DNA of 64,000 nucleotides from Phoronis australis (lineage: Eukaryota > Animalia > Phoronida). The stretch spans positions 186,268 to 250,267 of the forward strand of contig NMRA01000594.1 in NCBI GenBank assembly GCA_002633005.1, read 5' to 3'. The first letter of the stretch is position 1. The number at the start of each line of letters is the position of its first letter. The position numbers and the translations under genes are program-made. Positions 26,701-39,932 of this stretch are shown here, piece after piece. Under the pieces are notes generated by a model. That model made no database searches, was not told where the DNA came from, and saw only the letters and a program-made list of their open reading frames with translations.

Positions 26701-29700
26701 AACCTTGTTGGATAACTCGATTTCTTAGAGAATTATTTTTAAATTCCCTTGTTGACTTATACCTGTGCATCGAATTTGAAAAATATACCTTTAAAACTAA
26801 AGATAGAGTAGCATTTTCAAAGTTATATGACCTTTGTACCAAATGACTTCTTCCAGTGCATTATAAGCCTTTTTGGTAAAAGTATTGCGAAGTCCGTGTA
26901 ACGTGTACTTTATGGTGAGAACCACAGCCGTCTAATTTTTTACACATCAGAATAGTTGGTAAATGAAAAGGTCAAATTTTCAGAAGAGAAATGCACCTAA
27001 TGACCTTATAGTTGAATTCCAAAAGCCAATCAGATGTGTGAATTTGAAGTGTCTAGCTCATAATTTTAGTTTGGACCTAATGACCTTTGACCTGTTTAAT
27101 CTGATTGGATGACTCGATTAATTAGGAAAGTATTTTTTTAAATTGTCATGTTGACTTATACCTGTGTACCGAATTTGAAAAAGATAGCTTTAAAACTAAA
27201 GGAGGAGTAGCATTTTAAAAATTATATGACCTTTCCACCAAGTTTCCAGTTCGAAGGAAATTTTCCAGATTGTAGTATTTTGTTATATAATGTTGTCAAA
27301 GGAGCTGTATTGGTTATGAGATTGGTACCGTCGTTTTTGTTTTCGTCAATATTGTCTAGTAGTTTTCGGACTTCAGATGGCGGGCTCGTATGTCAGAGAG
27401 ATGTTCTAATGTCTTGTTTGGGAATTCGGGAAAGCTTGTTGTTGGTGCAACGTGACTCTTGGCGGTGACGTATTCTAAAAATAACTTACTTTTTTCAGCT
27501 TTGGGTGACGCCTGAGTGTTGGATTCCTTTGAGTGGATGGTGGGGTATGAAGATCGCTTTACTTGTCCTCGAATTTTGTTTATTATATCCCAATATTCCT
27601 TTGAATTTTTGGGGACATTGTTGATGTTGGAGATAATTTTCATCTTATTGTCTTGTTTCGTCTTTTTAATTATTTCTTCCACTCGCTTGCATTGTTCTTT
27701 GTAGCACTTAAAGGTGCACGGGCTATTTTGATTTTCTGAACGATTTGTACAGTTTGATTCTTTTATATATTTTAGTTTTGATGTTATTGTTAAACCACGG
27801 GTTGTCCTTGTTTTTTATTGTTTTCATGGTTGATGGGATATTATTATTTAGTTTGTTGTAGAGTGACTGTGTGAATGTTGAGACTGCGTCATTTATGTTA
27901 CTTTTGCTCACTATTTCAGTCCAGTTAAATGTGGTTATGTCAGTGCGCAGTTTGTCGATGTTAATGAGGTTGTAAATCCAGATCTCATTGATAACGTCTG
28001 GTTCTTTAGGTAAGCAGTTCAGTGTGAATGATGTTTCTATAACGTGGTGATCCGAATTACCAATGGGAGGCCTTACAGAAATGGATTCAATTAATCCGAG
28101 AGTGTTAGTAATACATAAATCAAAGCAAGTATGTGAATACTCTTATAAACGTGTCGGTTCGTTTATTAGTTGTACACAGTCATTTGAGAGGAGAATCTCG
28201 AATAATTCGAGACCAGCTTGGTTGTCATTGTCTTCTGAGTACCAAGTATTATTTCTTGCGTTGAAATCTTCTTTGATAACAATTGTTTTATTAGTTCGTG
28301 AGAGTTCTTGCAGTTGTTCTGCAAAGGTCTTGATGAAATGTGCTTTCCTGTAAAGGGACGTCAGTGAGGGTGAGCGATAGAAAAAAAACATAATATACCT
28401 TCTTGTGGTTGACATAAAGTTCAACCCAACAGTTATTCATTGATTGTATAGTTTTAGTATCAATTGTTTCGTAATTTACGGAGTTGTGGCATTACATTGC
28501 ATAGAAGTTGCATCCTTTGTGTGAAAGAGAGAGATGTCCCTGGTAACTACTAAGGACCAAGAGTAAAGAGTAAGAATATCAAAGCAAAACTGCACCTAAT
28601 GAGCCCAAAGTTTGTTATCGAAATTTCTTTACCAATGAAAATTATTTACCCGATTATGTAAGATCTAGCTAAACATCACTTTTGCTCTTAATGACCTTTG
28701 ACCTGGAAACTGGGTTCCCTTTATCCGATTTAAATTCCACGTAAATTTCGGGTGCATTTCTCAATTATCTGCTTGTTTTCGAAATTAGGAGAGGCAATCA
28801 AAAAACCTGTAGAAGAAGAAGCAATTTGACGGATTGCACTCCTTGACCCACTTCAGGTCATTCCGGTGCATTTTGAGTCATCAATGGACTGAGATTGGCA
28901 ATTGGTTGAACCACGATAAATATGAACCATCTTCACAATGAATGGTGCAAGAGCGAGCTGAATTAAAGAGTCTTAAATTTAAAAGAAAACTGCATTTAAT
29001 GACCCCATAGTTGCAACTAGTGACCCCAAAGCTTGTGACTGAATTGCCTTAATAAATGGTAATCATATGCATGATTATGAAACGTTAGCTCAAAAATCAC
29101 TTTTGCACTTACTGACCTTTGACCCGGTAACTCCATTTCCTTAAAACGATAGAAATTCTAAGTAAAATTCGGAAGAAAGGTCTCTAGTACCTGCTTATTA
29201 ACAAAATTCGAAGAGACTATCTAAAAAGCAGTAGAAGCAGAAGTAATTTGACGGAATGCACTTCTTGACCCATTTCGGGTTAATCCGGTGCATTTTGAGT
29301 CAAATCATGTGATCAGTAGAATTTGATCGGTTGAACCACCATGAATTTAAGTACAAGCTGATTGAAAAAGTTTTAATTTTAAAAGAAAAACTGCACTTAA
29401 TGACCCCAAAGTTGCACCTATTGACCCCAAATTTTGTGACCGAACTTCCTTGATGAATGGTAATCATATTCATGATTGCAAAAGGTCTAGCTCAAAAATT
29501 ACTTTTGCACTTAATGACTTTTGACCCGGAAACTCAGTTCCTTCATCCATTATGAAATGCAAGTAATTTTCGTATGCAGAACTCTATTGTCTACTTGCCA
29601 CCAAAATTCGAAAAGTCTATCTAAACACCTCTAGATGAAGAATAGTTTTGTAAAAATGCACTCCATGACCCGTTTCGGGTCAATCCTGTGCATTTTGGGT

Positions 29701-30023
29701 CAAAACATTATAATCAGAAAAACACAATGATGAATCTATGAACCACAGTGAGTATGAATGTTGTTAGCGGATCGAAGTAAAAGTACTAATAATCTTAAAA
29801 TGAAGGAATAATAATAATAAGAAGAAGAAGAATAAGAAGAATAAGATGATAAAATACGTAGAACAGTAAAACTCTGCGCTTGAACGCGCAGAGTAATACG
29901 AAGAACAAGAATAAAATTGAAGAAAACCCAGGAACAACAGTACTCTGCGCTTGCACCCGCAGAGTAATAAAATTGAAGAAAACCCAGGAACAACAGTACT
30001 CTGCGCTTACACGCACAGAGTAA
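23790..30023 (-). mobile_element. Cluster 2 of Helentron/HINE-like elements, interrupted by a LINE fragment and including a divergent subfamily
   Basis: 3' termini at ~24275 and ~25849 with the same monomers as cluster 1. Divergent ~400-420-bp monomers at ~28540-29780. Three stacked 5' termini at ~29851-30023 (one variant type, two standard). Confidence 0.82.
27241..28500 (-). mobile_element. CR1/L2-type LINE ORF2 fragment (APE endonuclease + tether, broken at the start of RT)
   Basis: FYRSPS, DFNARN..W, QLINEPTR, LDL.IT, PPIGNSDHHVI, PWFNNNIK, YWDIINK, then SGKFPSNWK at the junction with the repeat. Contains stops and frameshifts. Confidence 0.8.
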
Positions 30024-30431
30024 TAACAAACTTGTTTATTTGATCCTGGAGACTCCTTTTGTATGGACATGAAAATGCACAAGGTACATTTTAACCAAAC
30101 AAAGAAACTGTGTTCAAAAACAATTGAAAGCACATCATCACTTTCTTGCCAGGTTAGCCTTTTAATGTCGAACCTGATAAATGGGTTCATTTTGATAGAT
30201 ACATTAACATGTAAATCATGTTGGTGGAAATACACCAAAAAACAAACCGGGATGATAGCGGTGTCTACCTGGGACTAGGATATGATCAATTAATCTTTAA
30301 CTACACCTGACATTCACCAATACAATTAGGGTGAGTGATGGATGTAAAATTGATGGCACGTTAATCAGTTTACCTATACTGATGTTGAACCTAATCCTGT
30401 GAAGTAGTTTCCAAAATGAAAGTTTTGTTAC

Positions 30432-30628
30432 CTCGTCTCCATGAGAAAAGATGAAAAATAGCAACTGTTGGTGTCTTTTCTCTTTCAGCGTATTTTTCGT
30501 GTGTTGTACTATCTCTCGAATTCTCTCTAACGAACAATCACGATATCCTTCACCAGAGAGAACTTCATAGGGTCCAGTCAAAGTCTTCTCAAACAAATTC
30601 TTAACATTTTCTTCATCCATTTCAGAGC
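30432..30628 (-). CDS. Caspase exon B (contains catalytic His, SHG)
   Basis: tcttatttcag|GC TCT GAA ATG...GGA GAC GAG|gtaac. 197 nt, phase 1 to 0. Encodes (G)SEMDEENVKNLFEK...LLFFIFSHGDE and overlaps ORF 30297..30620. Joins exon A in frame to give KRYGSEMD. Confidence 0.92.
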
Positions 30629-31762
30629 CTGAAATAAGACCGACACAACTCTTTAAATGTCTAGCATACTCCTAAATATGAAGTAGGGACTAGATGCAAT
30701 TTTCACCATAGACGGTTTGTGCAGGCATAGATTATAGACAACAATTTCGCAACTCCGATATTTTCTTGCGTAGTATCATAGAGGTGGAGCCACTATCCTA
30801 AATTATATGTTTCAGTTTCCGGTTAGTGTACTGTGACGGGAAATTCTCGCATCGACTTTACTGTCCAGTACAACAAAAAAGTAATATCGGCATTGAAACG
30901 CTGTCCAAAGCCTTCCAATATAGTAGTACTGTTGATATTGTGAGTAGTTTTAGCAATGGTACAACCACCCGAAAACACAAGAGCTGACCATGATTAGCAG
31001 ACTACGCTCTTGCCGGATATAAAACATCTTAATTTGGCCTGGTGTCGTTAGTGAATAACGACGTAACGGCTTGTGCCTTAGAGCACAAATTTCGTCTATT
31101 GAAAATATACGGTGTTGGCGGTCCATCTGCTTTAGTCTTTTAGACGACTCATATGCGAAAACGTGCAGCAAGTAGTGATATGCACCTAACGTGTACATAC
31201 TAATATGCCACTTACACTACCATACCGACCACTCTATATTATAGGGTAATTCCGCAATAAACAGCGTGAAAATATCTCAAAATGTAATAAGAATTATCCA
31301 AAGTTTAATATCTCATGGTAGACTACCAATCGAAACTACCAACCTCACGGTAGTTTGTCCATGACTTTCACAGATTCGACTGGCATTGGCAGTAAACGTG
31401 TATGTCCACGGTTTTGTCCACCAACCTTGAATACGTGTTCATACATGTATGTTGGTAGAGTAAAAACCTGAGCACGTATAAATTTACGTATTGATATCAT
31501 CACTTCATTTTCAAGTGCTTTCTTCATTATTTACTTAAGCTATATTTTCGTATTCATTTTGCACTTTTCGTATCCACTCCCTGTCTGCACAAAAATCAGG
31601 ATATCAATATAAATTATAAAGATTTCGACTACTGCTTTGAGGGCACACCTGTGTGAACGAAGATTGACCAACCGAGACTATAATTTTGAGACTGGGTACA
31701 CCAAAGACAATAGAGTCGAGCTTGCTAGTGCGGCTGAACCTATGTTAACACACATGTTTGTG

Positions 31763-31806
31763 TAGGCAATGACCATCGGGCCAACAGAGGCGATGGTCAT
31801 TGCCTA
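31763..31806. mobile_element. 44-bp micro-MITE with 16-bp perfect TIRs and a 9-bp TSD
   Basis: ATGTTTGTG | TAGGCAATGACCATCG GGCCAACAGAGG CGATGGTCATTGCCTA | ATGTTTGTG, with the TSD copies at 31754-31762 and 31807-31815. Confidence 0.85.
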
Positions 31807-31945
31807 ATGTTTGTGGGCTCCCTGCAAGACCTGTAAATGGAAGAGCAGAAACCTATGCACGTGCTGGTGGCGCTTCGAAACATGGCAGGTGTGTTTTAGA
31901 ATTCAAGAACATAGCCTGCAAAAATATCAGCCCTAAAGCCTAACC

Positions 31946-32680
31946 ATGGAAGTGAACACATTTATTCAAGGCATGAAATCTACACTCCAGGACTCGGATA
32001 TAAAGGGACTGTTCATTGAAATGTTTGAACGTACTCTCAATGAAGCCTGTATTCACTTAACCGAGGGGTGCAGAGATATGCTACAGAAACAAAAGGACGA
32101 AATTGACAGCCTAAATAGAAAACTGAGCGCACTGGAGGAGCGTTTAGACGACAGCAATCAATATTCCAGACGAAACTGCCTGATAATACATAGTGTAGAG
32201 GAAAATAATGGGGAGAACACTGAGGAGCTAGTCTTAAACATAGCCAAGAAGTTGGAATTTAACCTGTCTGTAACTGAATTAGACCGCACCCACAGGCTGG
32301 GTGCTTTTAACAGAGATGCCAGGGGTAAACCTAGACCTGTCGTTGCTAAGTTTACTAGTTATCGTAAGCGAACAATTTCTAAAGAAAAGATCGACACTTG
32401 CGGTTAAAGAGATGGATCAAGGGCGTGCCTCGGTGCGAAAAATATAAATCAACGAAAATCTCAAAAAGAGGAAAGCTGCTTTTTTGCAGAGACTCGCAGA
32501 TTAGTGAAACAGGGACACATCAAGTCGCCATATATGAGAGATGGGAAGATCTTCATCAAGAAGATCAATGATTCTTATCAAGAAATGATGCGAATGAAAC
32601 AAGTAAACGAGTTTGTGGAAGGTCTTTGGAAGAGTCAGCGCCAGACGCCAACGCCGGAACGGATTTTAAACTGTGGGTAA
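31946..32680 (+). pseudogene. LINE ORF1 (coiled-coil + L1 RRM-like), frameshifted
   Basis: LEERLDDSNQYSRRNCLIIH.VEE...ENT...ELDRTHRLG...PRPVVAKF, continuing in other frames (INENL, RDGKIFIK). Confidence 0.8.
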
Positions 32681-33481
32681 AATGACGGCGTATGGTTATT
32701 TAATTTAGGTAGTCGTGCGGAATTGGGTTAATATTTTAGGCGGCGTTTAATTGTTTTGTATTAAATACGTTTGCGTAGAAATATCAGTGTTATCTTGTAA
32801 TTTGATACTAATACTTTTACATGTATTTCATTTTAATCTGGTGTTTCAGTTTCTCTATTCAGCTATCTGCCTATCTGCTTATTTAATTGCATTTTTTAAG
32901 TTTTAGTTCCAATTTGAATCTTTTCCTGGGCTAGTTATCGCTTGTAATTACGAGCTTTAAACTGATTTTTTTCTTTGTGCCAATGCTGAACATCTGGTAC
33001 ATGTAGTAACTAAATCAGGGTTGTAACCAATGGCTTGTGCTCTAATGCAGTGTTTTCATTCGGAGCGCGCTTCTATTGTTCTTCTATTGTTCTTCTATTG
33101 TTCTTCCTTTGGATTGCCATTCCATGGGGTATACCTTTATAAATACAGTAACTAGTCAAATGCCCAGGGCTTTAGCATGCACAGGATGACTGTCGATGCG
33201 GGCTGCCTTCTCAGATTCAGGGCTCCTGCCGTCTGCGGTATATGTTGTGGGCGCTGTTACAGCTCACTCATTTAGTGCTTGTTTTTTTTTCTTTGTTTTG
33301 ATAGCTTTTTGACCATTGTGTTTCTTCTCTTATACGAGTTTTTATGTTCAACACTGTGCAAATATTCACTGGTAGCCTGTGCAGAAAAATTAATCAATCC
33401 ACTTGAATACGTTAAATATTTAATGTCACTGAGAGCAGTACTTGAATTTAGTCGTAATCCACAAATTAAATTTCAACAAGA

Positions 33482-36400
33482 ATGGAAATTAAAACACTTT
33501 CTTTAAAGTGTCAGGGAGATTCCGGGAAAAGACTTGATGTTCTAAAGTACCTTAAAGATAAGTCATGCAATATTTATTGTCTTCAAGACACCCATTTTGT
33601 GAAGGCTTTGGAGGATCAAGTCCAATTACAGTGGAAATTTTCGCTATTTCAGTTCATTCAAGAGTAATGCAAGAATAGTTGCAATAATGCTGAGTAATAA
33701 TTTTGAACATCAAATACACGGTTGGAGAGGTGACAAAGTGGGAAATATATATTACTTGATATAACAATGGAGGGTGAGAGAATAACGCTTGTAAGCTTGT
33801 ATGGTCCAAACGAGGACAAACCTGACTTTTTTGAACCTTTTTAAAGAAATTGAGAAGTTGAGTAATGAAAAAATTATTGCATGTGGGGATATCAATCTTG
33901 TTTAAGACCAGTACAAAGACACGCGATACTATGAGCAACGCAATAATCCAAATGCCAGTGAGAAATTAGAAGAACAAATGCAAATGTGGGACCTCGTAGA
34001 TCCATTTCGGGAATTACTCCTGAATTCCAACCGTTATACATGGAAACGCAAAAATCCTTTAAAGCAGGCGAGACAAGACTTTCTTACTTTCAGAAAATTT
34101 ACTTCAATGTGTGTGTAAAATTAACATAATAAATAGTTACAGATCCGATCATTCAGGTGTCCTACTGAGTGTTAAATAAAAAACATTAAGAGGGAGAGGC
34201 TTTTGGAAATTCAACAATTCCCTGTTGAATGACTTGGAATATACTAAAAAAATTAAAGAAAAAATTACTGAGCTAAAACTTCAGTATGCTGTTCCAGTTT
34301 ACAATTATCAAATGATCGATACGTTTCTAACATTGAAATTCAATTCGTAATTAATGACCAGTTGTTCTTAGACGTTCTGTTTATGGAAATCCGTAACACC
34401 ACTATAGACTAATCAATAAGAAGAAAAAACATCAATTATGACCGTGTTTTAGAAGAAGCCAAATAGGCTGGAAAGCAAAGACAACCTGACTGAAGGTGAT
34501 CTAAGAACTTAAGAAGAAAAAAGACCAATTTACAAGAATTAAGAAGAGAAACTTTGAAGGGCTATGTTTTCCGATCAAGAGCAAACTGGATTGAAAGTGG
34601 AGAACGCCCGATCAAGTATTTTTGCAACTTAGAATCAAGAATTTTTTTAGTAAATTGATATATACTATAGAAACAGAAGAAGGAGAAACTATTACGAATC
34701 AAAAGGAAATTTTATGCGAGACGATAAATTTTTATAAGAACTTAATATTCTTCGAGGTGTGAGAGCGAAGAAATGTTGAATAGTGTACTCGGACATTGTC
34801 GGTTCCCGGTACTTTCGGAGTTGGAGGGAATCCAACTAGAAAATGAAATTAATGTTGATGAATTCTTTGATGTTTTAAAAAATACAAAAAATGAGAAAAG
34901 TCCAGGCTCTGATGGCTTTACGATGGACATTTTGGAGTTCTTTTGGGAAGAAATAAAATATTTTGTATTGCGGCACATTAAATGTAGTTTTGAAAAGGGA
35001 CAAATATCCACAACTCAATTGACTGGGATTATTACATGTATTCCAAGACAAGACAAGCCGAAACAGTTTCTGAAAAACTGGCGACCAATAACTTTACTGA
35101 ATAGTGTATACAATCTGGCTTCGGGATGCTATGCAAACAGAATTAAAAGTTCTAGATAAACTGATTTCAAATACCCAAACTGGATTTATTAAAGGAAGAT
35201 TCATGGCTGAGGACACAAGACTAATTCATGATATTATGACGTATAGAGACAACTACAACATTCCAGGACTACTTTGTTGTTAAATTTTGAGAAGGTTTTT
35301 GCTAGTGTTTCCTAGGACTTTACATTCAAAGTCCTGAATAATTTCAATTTCAAAGCCAATATCACTCGATATACCAGAACTTTTTATAATAAACCAATAT
35401 CCCGTGTCATACAAAATGGATTTCTGTCAGACAACTTTATACTAGAACGCCGATATCAACAAGGTGATTCTCTCTCCACTTGTATTTTTATACTGTGTGC
35501 TGAAATTTTGTCCATATTGATTAAACATGATCCTGACGTGAAAGGTATTAAAATCGGCGACGAAGACTTCGTTATAACACAACACAAAGATGACACAACT
35601 TTCACATTAGACGGAACTCCAAGATCCCTTGCAGCCATTATGAATAACCTAGAGTTCTCTGCAGGGATGTCGGGGCTGAAGATAAACTATTCTAAGACAA
35701 AAGTAGTGTGAATTGGAGGTAGAAAATTCTCTCAAGAAAAGTTTCACCGCACGCGTTGGAAACTAAAATGGGGTGACGTTGATTTTAAGCTTCTGGGTAT
35801 TGATTTCAGCGTGAACTTGGATACCGTGTCCAAAGAGAACTTTGATACAAAAATAGTGGAAATGAAGTGTCTGATTAATATATGGTCTCGTAGAAAGCTA
35901 ACTATCTTTGAAAAGGTCACAGTATTAAAAACACTTGTGCTTCCAGCTTACTCAAATATTATTCAATTGTCAGTGCAATAAAAAATACCTGAAAACTAAA
36001 AAAGATATATGGACCACTTGTACCTAAAAAATATTATTTTGACGAAAAAGCGGTGTCGGGATTCTTAACCCATTCTGTTCAAAAATGACATAATACCTTC
36101 GGCTCAAAGAAATTCGAAGTATTGGGATTTTCGCCGTCACGGAAGATGTGGAACTTCTAATGCAAACTTCCATATGAAAGTACGAATGACACCAGCTTAC
36201 CTTTCATTCAGTTCCGCTTACTGCACAGAATTCTACCTACTAACTACTTTTTAAATAAGATTAGATACGTGGACTCAATTTTTGTCCTTTTTGTAAATGC
36301 TTTCCCCAAATTCTAGAACATTTTTTTCTTTGAATGTGAATATGTTAATTCTTTCCGGCACGGGGTACATGTACGTCTCTGGTTAACGACTGCAGTGCAA

Positions 36401-36660
36401 GTAAATTTTGAAATAGACAAAACCACCATAATATTTGGTCTTCAAAACTAAAAAAATAAAATTTTGAATTGCTTTCTTTTACAAACTAAAATTTTTATTT
36501 TTAAAATGAAATTTGCAAACGTCAAACCTAATTTAGGATGTCTCAACAAATTTTTGAATGAGTGTTTTAATGTTGAAGTTAGTGCTTCGTTAAACACACG
36601 GAAATTTTTATGATACAAAAAAAGAAGAAGATTGGAAAAGTGTTTTTGAAACATGAGGGG
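33482..36660 (+). pseudogene. LINE ORF2 (APE endonuclease + reverse transcriptase), disrupted
   Basis: IYCLQDTHF, LYGPNED, YTWKR, SDHS, FWKFNNSLL, SRANWIE, KSPGSDGF, KNWRPITLLN, QTGFIKGR, QGDSLS, DDTT, SGLKINYSKT. Many stops and an apparent internal deletion near 35950. Confidence 0.88.
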
Positions 36661-37949
36661 ATCCAGAGAGTTGACCAGATGCCAGAACAGAAATTGAAGT
36701 GGAACCTTTTAACTTCGAAGTAACAATGAAATGCTTTCTCTTTATTTTTTGCACAGTTCTCTACGTTGTTGTGTTGTGTATATTTTTATATGTATCTGTC
36801 TTTTGTAATAAATATATTAATTGTGAAAAAAAAACATTTGCACAGATGACATTTTACTCAGGGACAGAAACAGATTCATTGAAGTAAAGTTGCTCCCACC
36901 TCCTTCTGCACAATTGGATCGGTAGACATACGTGTTTCGATGACTTTGTAAGTTTTGTTCTAAAATCCCCTCGACCCCAACACCCTTATACCCACGACCC
37001 CCTCGACAAACCACCCCCTCGACCCACGACCTACATTACCCAAGCCCGGCTTCGGCTCCGTCAAATTATCGATTCACCTTCGGCTTCGCTGGGTCTGGCT
37101 GGTATTAGGAACACTGTACAGCTGTGCAAACCGGCACGACCAGCAGCAGAAAATCCCCCGTTTCAAACGCACCAAAAACACGGCGTTCGCCATTACACAA
37201 TCGAAACCGCAACACCGCACCTTTTGTGAGAGAAAGGGAAGACGGACCTCCGAGGCACCGAAAACACGCTTATGCCCCTTTCGTCTATAGCAGGACTGGA
37301 ATGCCGGAGATGACCAAGAATCACGAATATTTTTTTCGGCTTCACGGATCAGAGTACACTAGGCCGGGGAAGTTGGCACGCGAGATAGCACGCCTTCTTT
37401 CTGCACAAGGCCTGCTGTGCAGAGCCAGAGTTTACACTATTGAGTTCGTCTGCTGTAACAATGTCTCATGCAATAAAACTCAAACTTCGAATTTATTACA
37501 TCCACCTATAGGATGTGCACTGAAATAAGTGGGGGTACAGCCCCCCCCCCTCCAGCCCTTATAATGCGCTGCCCATGCAAGATCATTTTTTTCATTAAAG
37601 ACTTCTCTCACTGCATATTCTTAGTTTTTTAATTTTTCGGTTAGGTAATATGAAAATAAATATCGTAAAATCAAACTAAATCAGCATTTTTATGCCAAAC
37701 AGTCGCGAATTTATTTCGTTCTGAAGAAAAATTAGTAATTTCCAACTCTCCCAACAAATGATATAAGGGTTGGAACTCGTTTTGTGCTGCGGAACACAGC
37801 AGATAAGAAGACGGTGACAATTTTGAGCGACACCTGGACAACCATTATTAGTCCGGGAACCAAATGCTGATTTTAATCTAACCTGAGCTTGGTGGATATC
37901 CTAGGCATAGGTAATCATGATTTGAGAGGGTGAACTTTGGCAACCCTTG

Positions 37950-38890
37950 AGTATTTTTTAATTATGCAAACTAAGGCCGTCGTTATGCAATTTTCTTTTT
38001 TTACCTATAATTCCTTACTAAGCGCTGCAAGCAGATTATTTAGATGTTTTCATGCACCCATGTTTCAATTAGTGTACGTTTTGGGAGGTATGTAGTGAAT
38101 GTACATAATTTATGCAAATTAAGACCGCTAATATTCGAAATATTTACTTGTTTTAATAGCTATGTTATCAATCATCACAAGTGATTCATTATATTTGCAC
38201 CAATGATCCTATGGTAAATTAGTTTAATGAAATCAGTTTGCATGTTGTTGCTTGATAAATTTGCATAAATCACGCAAACTAAGGCCACAGTTATTCAAAA
38301 TTATACTTTTGCTCATAACGCCCTTACCAAGTACTGCAGACAGGTTACTTTAATGTTTTAACTTACGCTTCTATGGCCAGTGAATTCAATGGAGCTCGTT
38401 TGTAGGTGTTTACATCGTGGATTTGCTTAATGCATGCAAAGTAAGTCTGTCATTTTGCAAATGTTTTACTTTTGCTTATAGCTGAAGTACCAGGCACTAA
38501 AGGTAAATAATTTTCACGTTTGTACCAATGTTGATGCGGTCATTTCATTTAATGAAATCAGTTTGCAAGTTGTTGCTTGATGAATTTTCATAATTGATAC
38601 AAAAAATGACACCAGTATTTCAAACATTGCTTCTAGCAATATTTTCCTTACAACAGTTACATGTAGATTATCGTCGAATATGTCTCATGTCTTCATGGTC
38701 AGCATGAATTTGCATATTAATTGATAAATTACACAAATTACAGCTGTAATATTCAACAGTCTACTTGTGGTTAGTACTGCTGCATCAGACACCAGAGGTT
38801 AGTTATCAATATTTGCACCCATGTCTCTGTGTCAATAAATTAAAAGAAATCTGTTTGCAAGTTGTAGAATGATAAATTTGCAGATTCTGC
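37950..38890. repeat. Old diverged tandem array, ~150-160-bp monomers with ~300-325-bp dimer structure
   Basis: Variants of ATGCAAA(C/T)TAAGGCC at ~37964, 38112, 38272, 38434, 38598 and 38731. GAAATC(A/T)GTTTGCA.GTTGT recurs at ~38229, 38554 and 38846. Confidence 0.55.
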
Positions 38891-39932
38891 TTTTGAAGAT
38901 GAAGTACGAAAATGTTTTGGTGTAATGTGAGCTCTTCAGTTTGAGATCTTAAATTCAGTTGACGATATTGCTCCCTATAAGAGCTGATCAGTCTAACTAT
39001 TACCTCGGGGAAATAATACGCTGTGCTCTACAGCTAATTCATATGGTAGGACCAAAATACAGAAAAAACTTTGCCTTTGGAAATCTTCTGGCCGCACCAA
39101 ATAGATTGTGCAATCAATCTAGCTAAAACTTTGCGATATTTTGTTTTCCTAATAACAGTCACAAAGACGACCTTTACAATTTATATTTGAAATCAATGTT
39201 ATTATTTACTAAATAATCTTGGCTAAAATACTGCACAAGAAGAAGTCACTTCCATATAAAATTCTCTGTGAGCACATGGGCTCGTCTTCTGCCTTTCCTC
39301 ATTTTTCTTCATTTCGCGCTAGCCCATCAATCCCATTTTGCAGGACCACACGCGATACTCACTGTAAAATTTTGTCTAGATGAATCACTTAACGGCAAAA
39401 ATCCAATACCGACTCGGCTAGAATGCAGTGCTTCATGTTTTTTATTGCTGGAGCGCCAAGACGCGGACCAAACATAACCTTAAATTCAGGATGTATAATC
39501 ACAGGGAAAATTTATTCATTTTCATCTGGGAAGCAATAGAGGGTTTTGGTTCTCTAAAAATTCATTCGCCGCCTGGGCGACCAGCAAGTGAACTTCGCCC
39601 ACCCTCATTTTTAATCGCATTGGCGACTGGGCGAGTGGCTAAGTATATCCCTGATTAAGTACATACTGAATGAGCGATGACAGCCTCAGGTTGAATGCAA
39701 GCACATTTGACTAATGTTGGTAGACTGGAACTTGTTGCGAGAAAAGCGAGACCATACAAAAGCATGCTCGGGAATGGGAGGCAACCAATTTGACGGCTGT
39801 TATTCAGAGCAGAAATCTAATTCTCAAATTGCGGGACCCTGGGAGTGGTCACATCATTTTTAAACAACAATATACTATGAATGAGAGCTCCTCAAAGGCA
39901 AAGGGATATATCCAAAGGCACATCACTAGGAA

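Larger units (their letters stand above)
31850..36834 (+). mobile_element. Near-full-length decayed L1/Tx1-clade non-LTR retrotransposon
   Basis: ORF1, an ~800-bp spacer, ORF2 (APE-RT), a T-rich 3'UTR with AATAAA and an A-tract at ~36826-36834. The 5' boundary is approximate and no TSD was found. Confidence 0.85.

Noticed and set aside
37124-37528. 134-aa ORF
   Set aside because: No recognisable domain or splice context, and it lies among transposon-end-like sequences inside a caspase intron.
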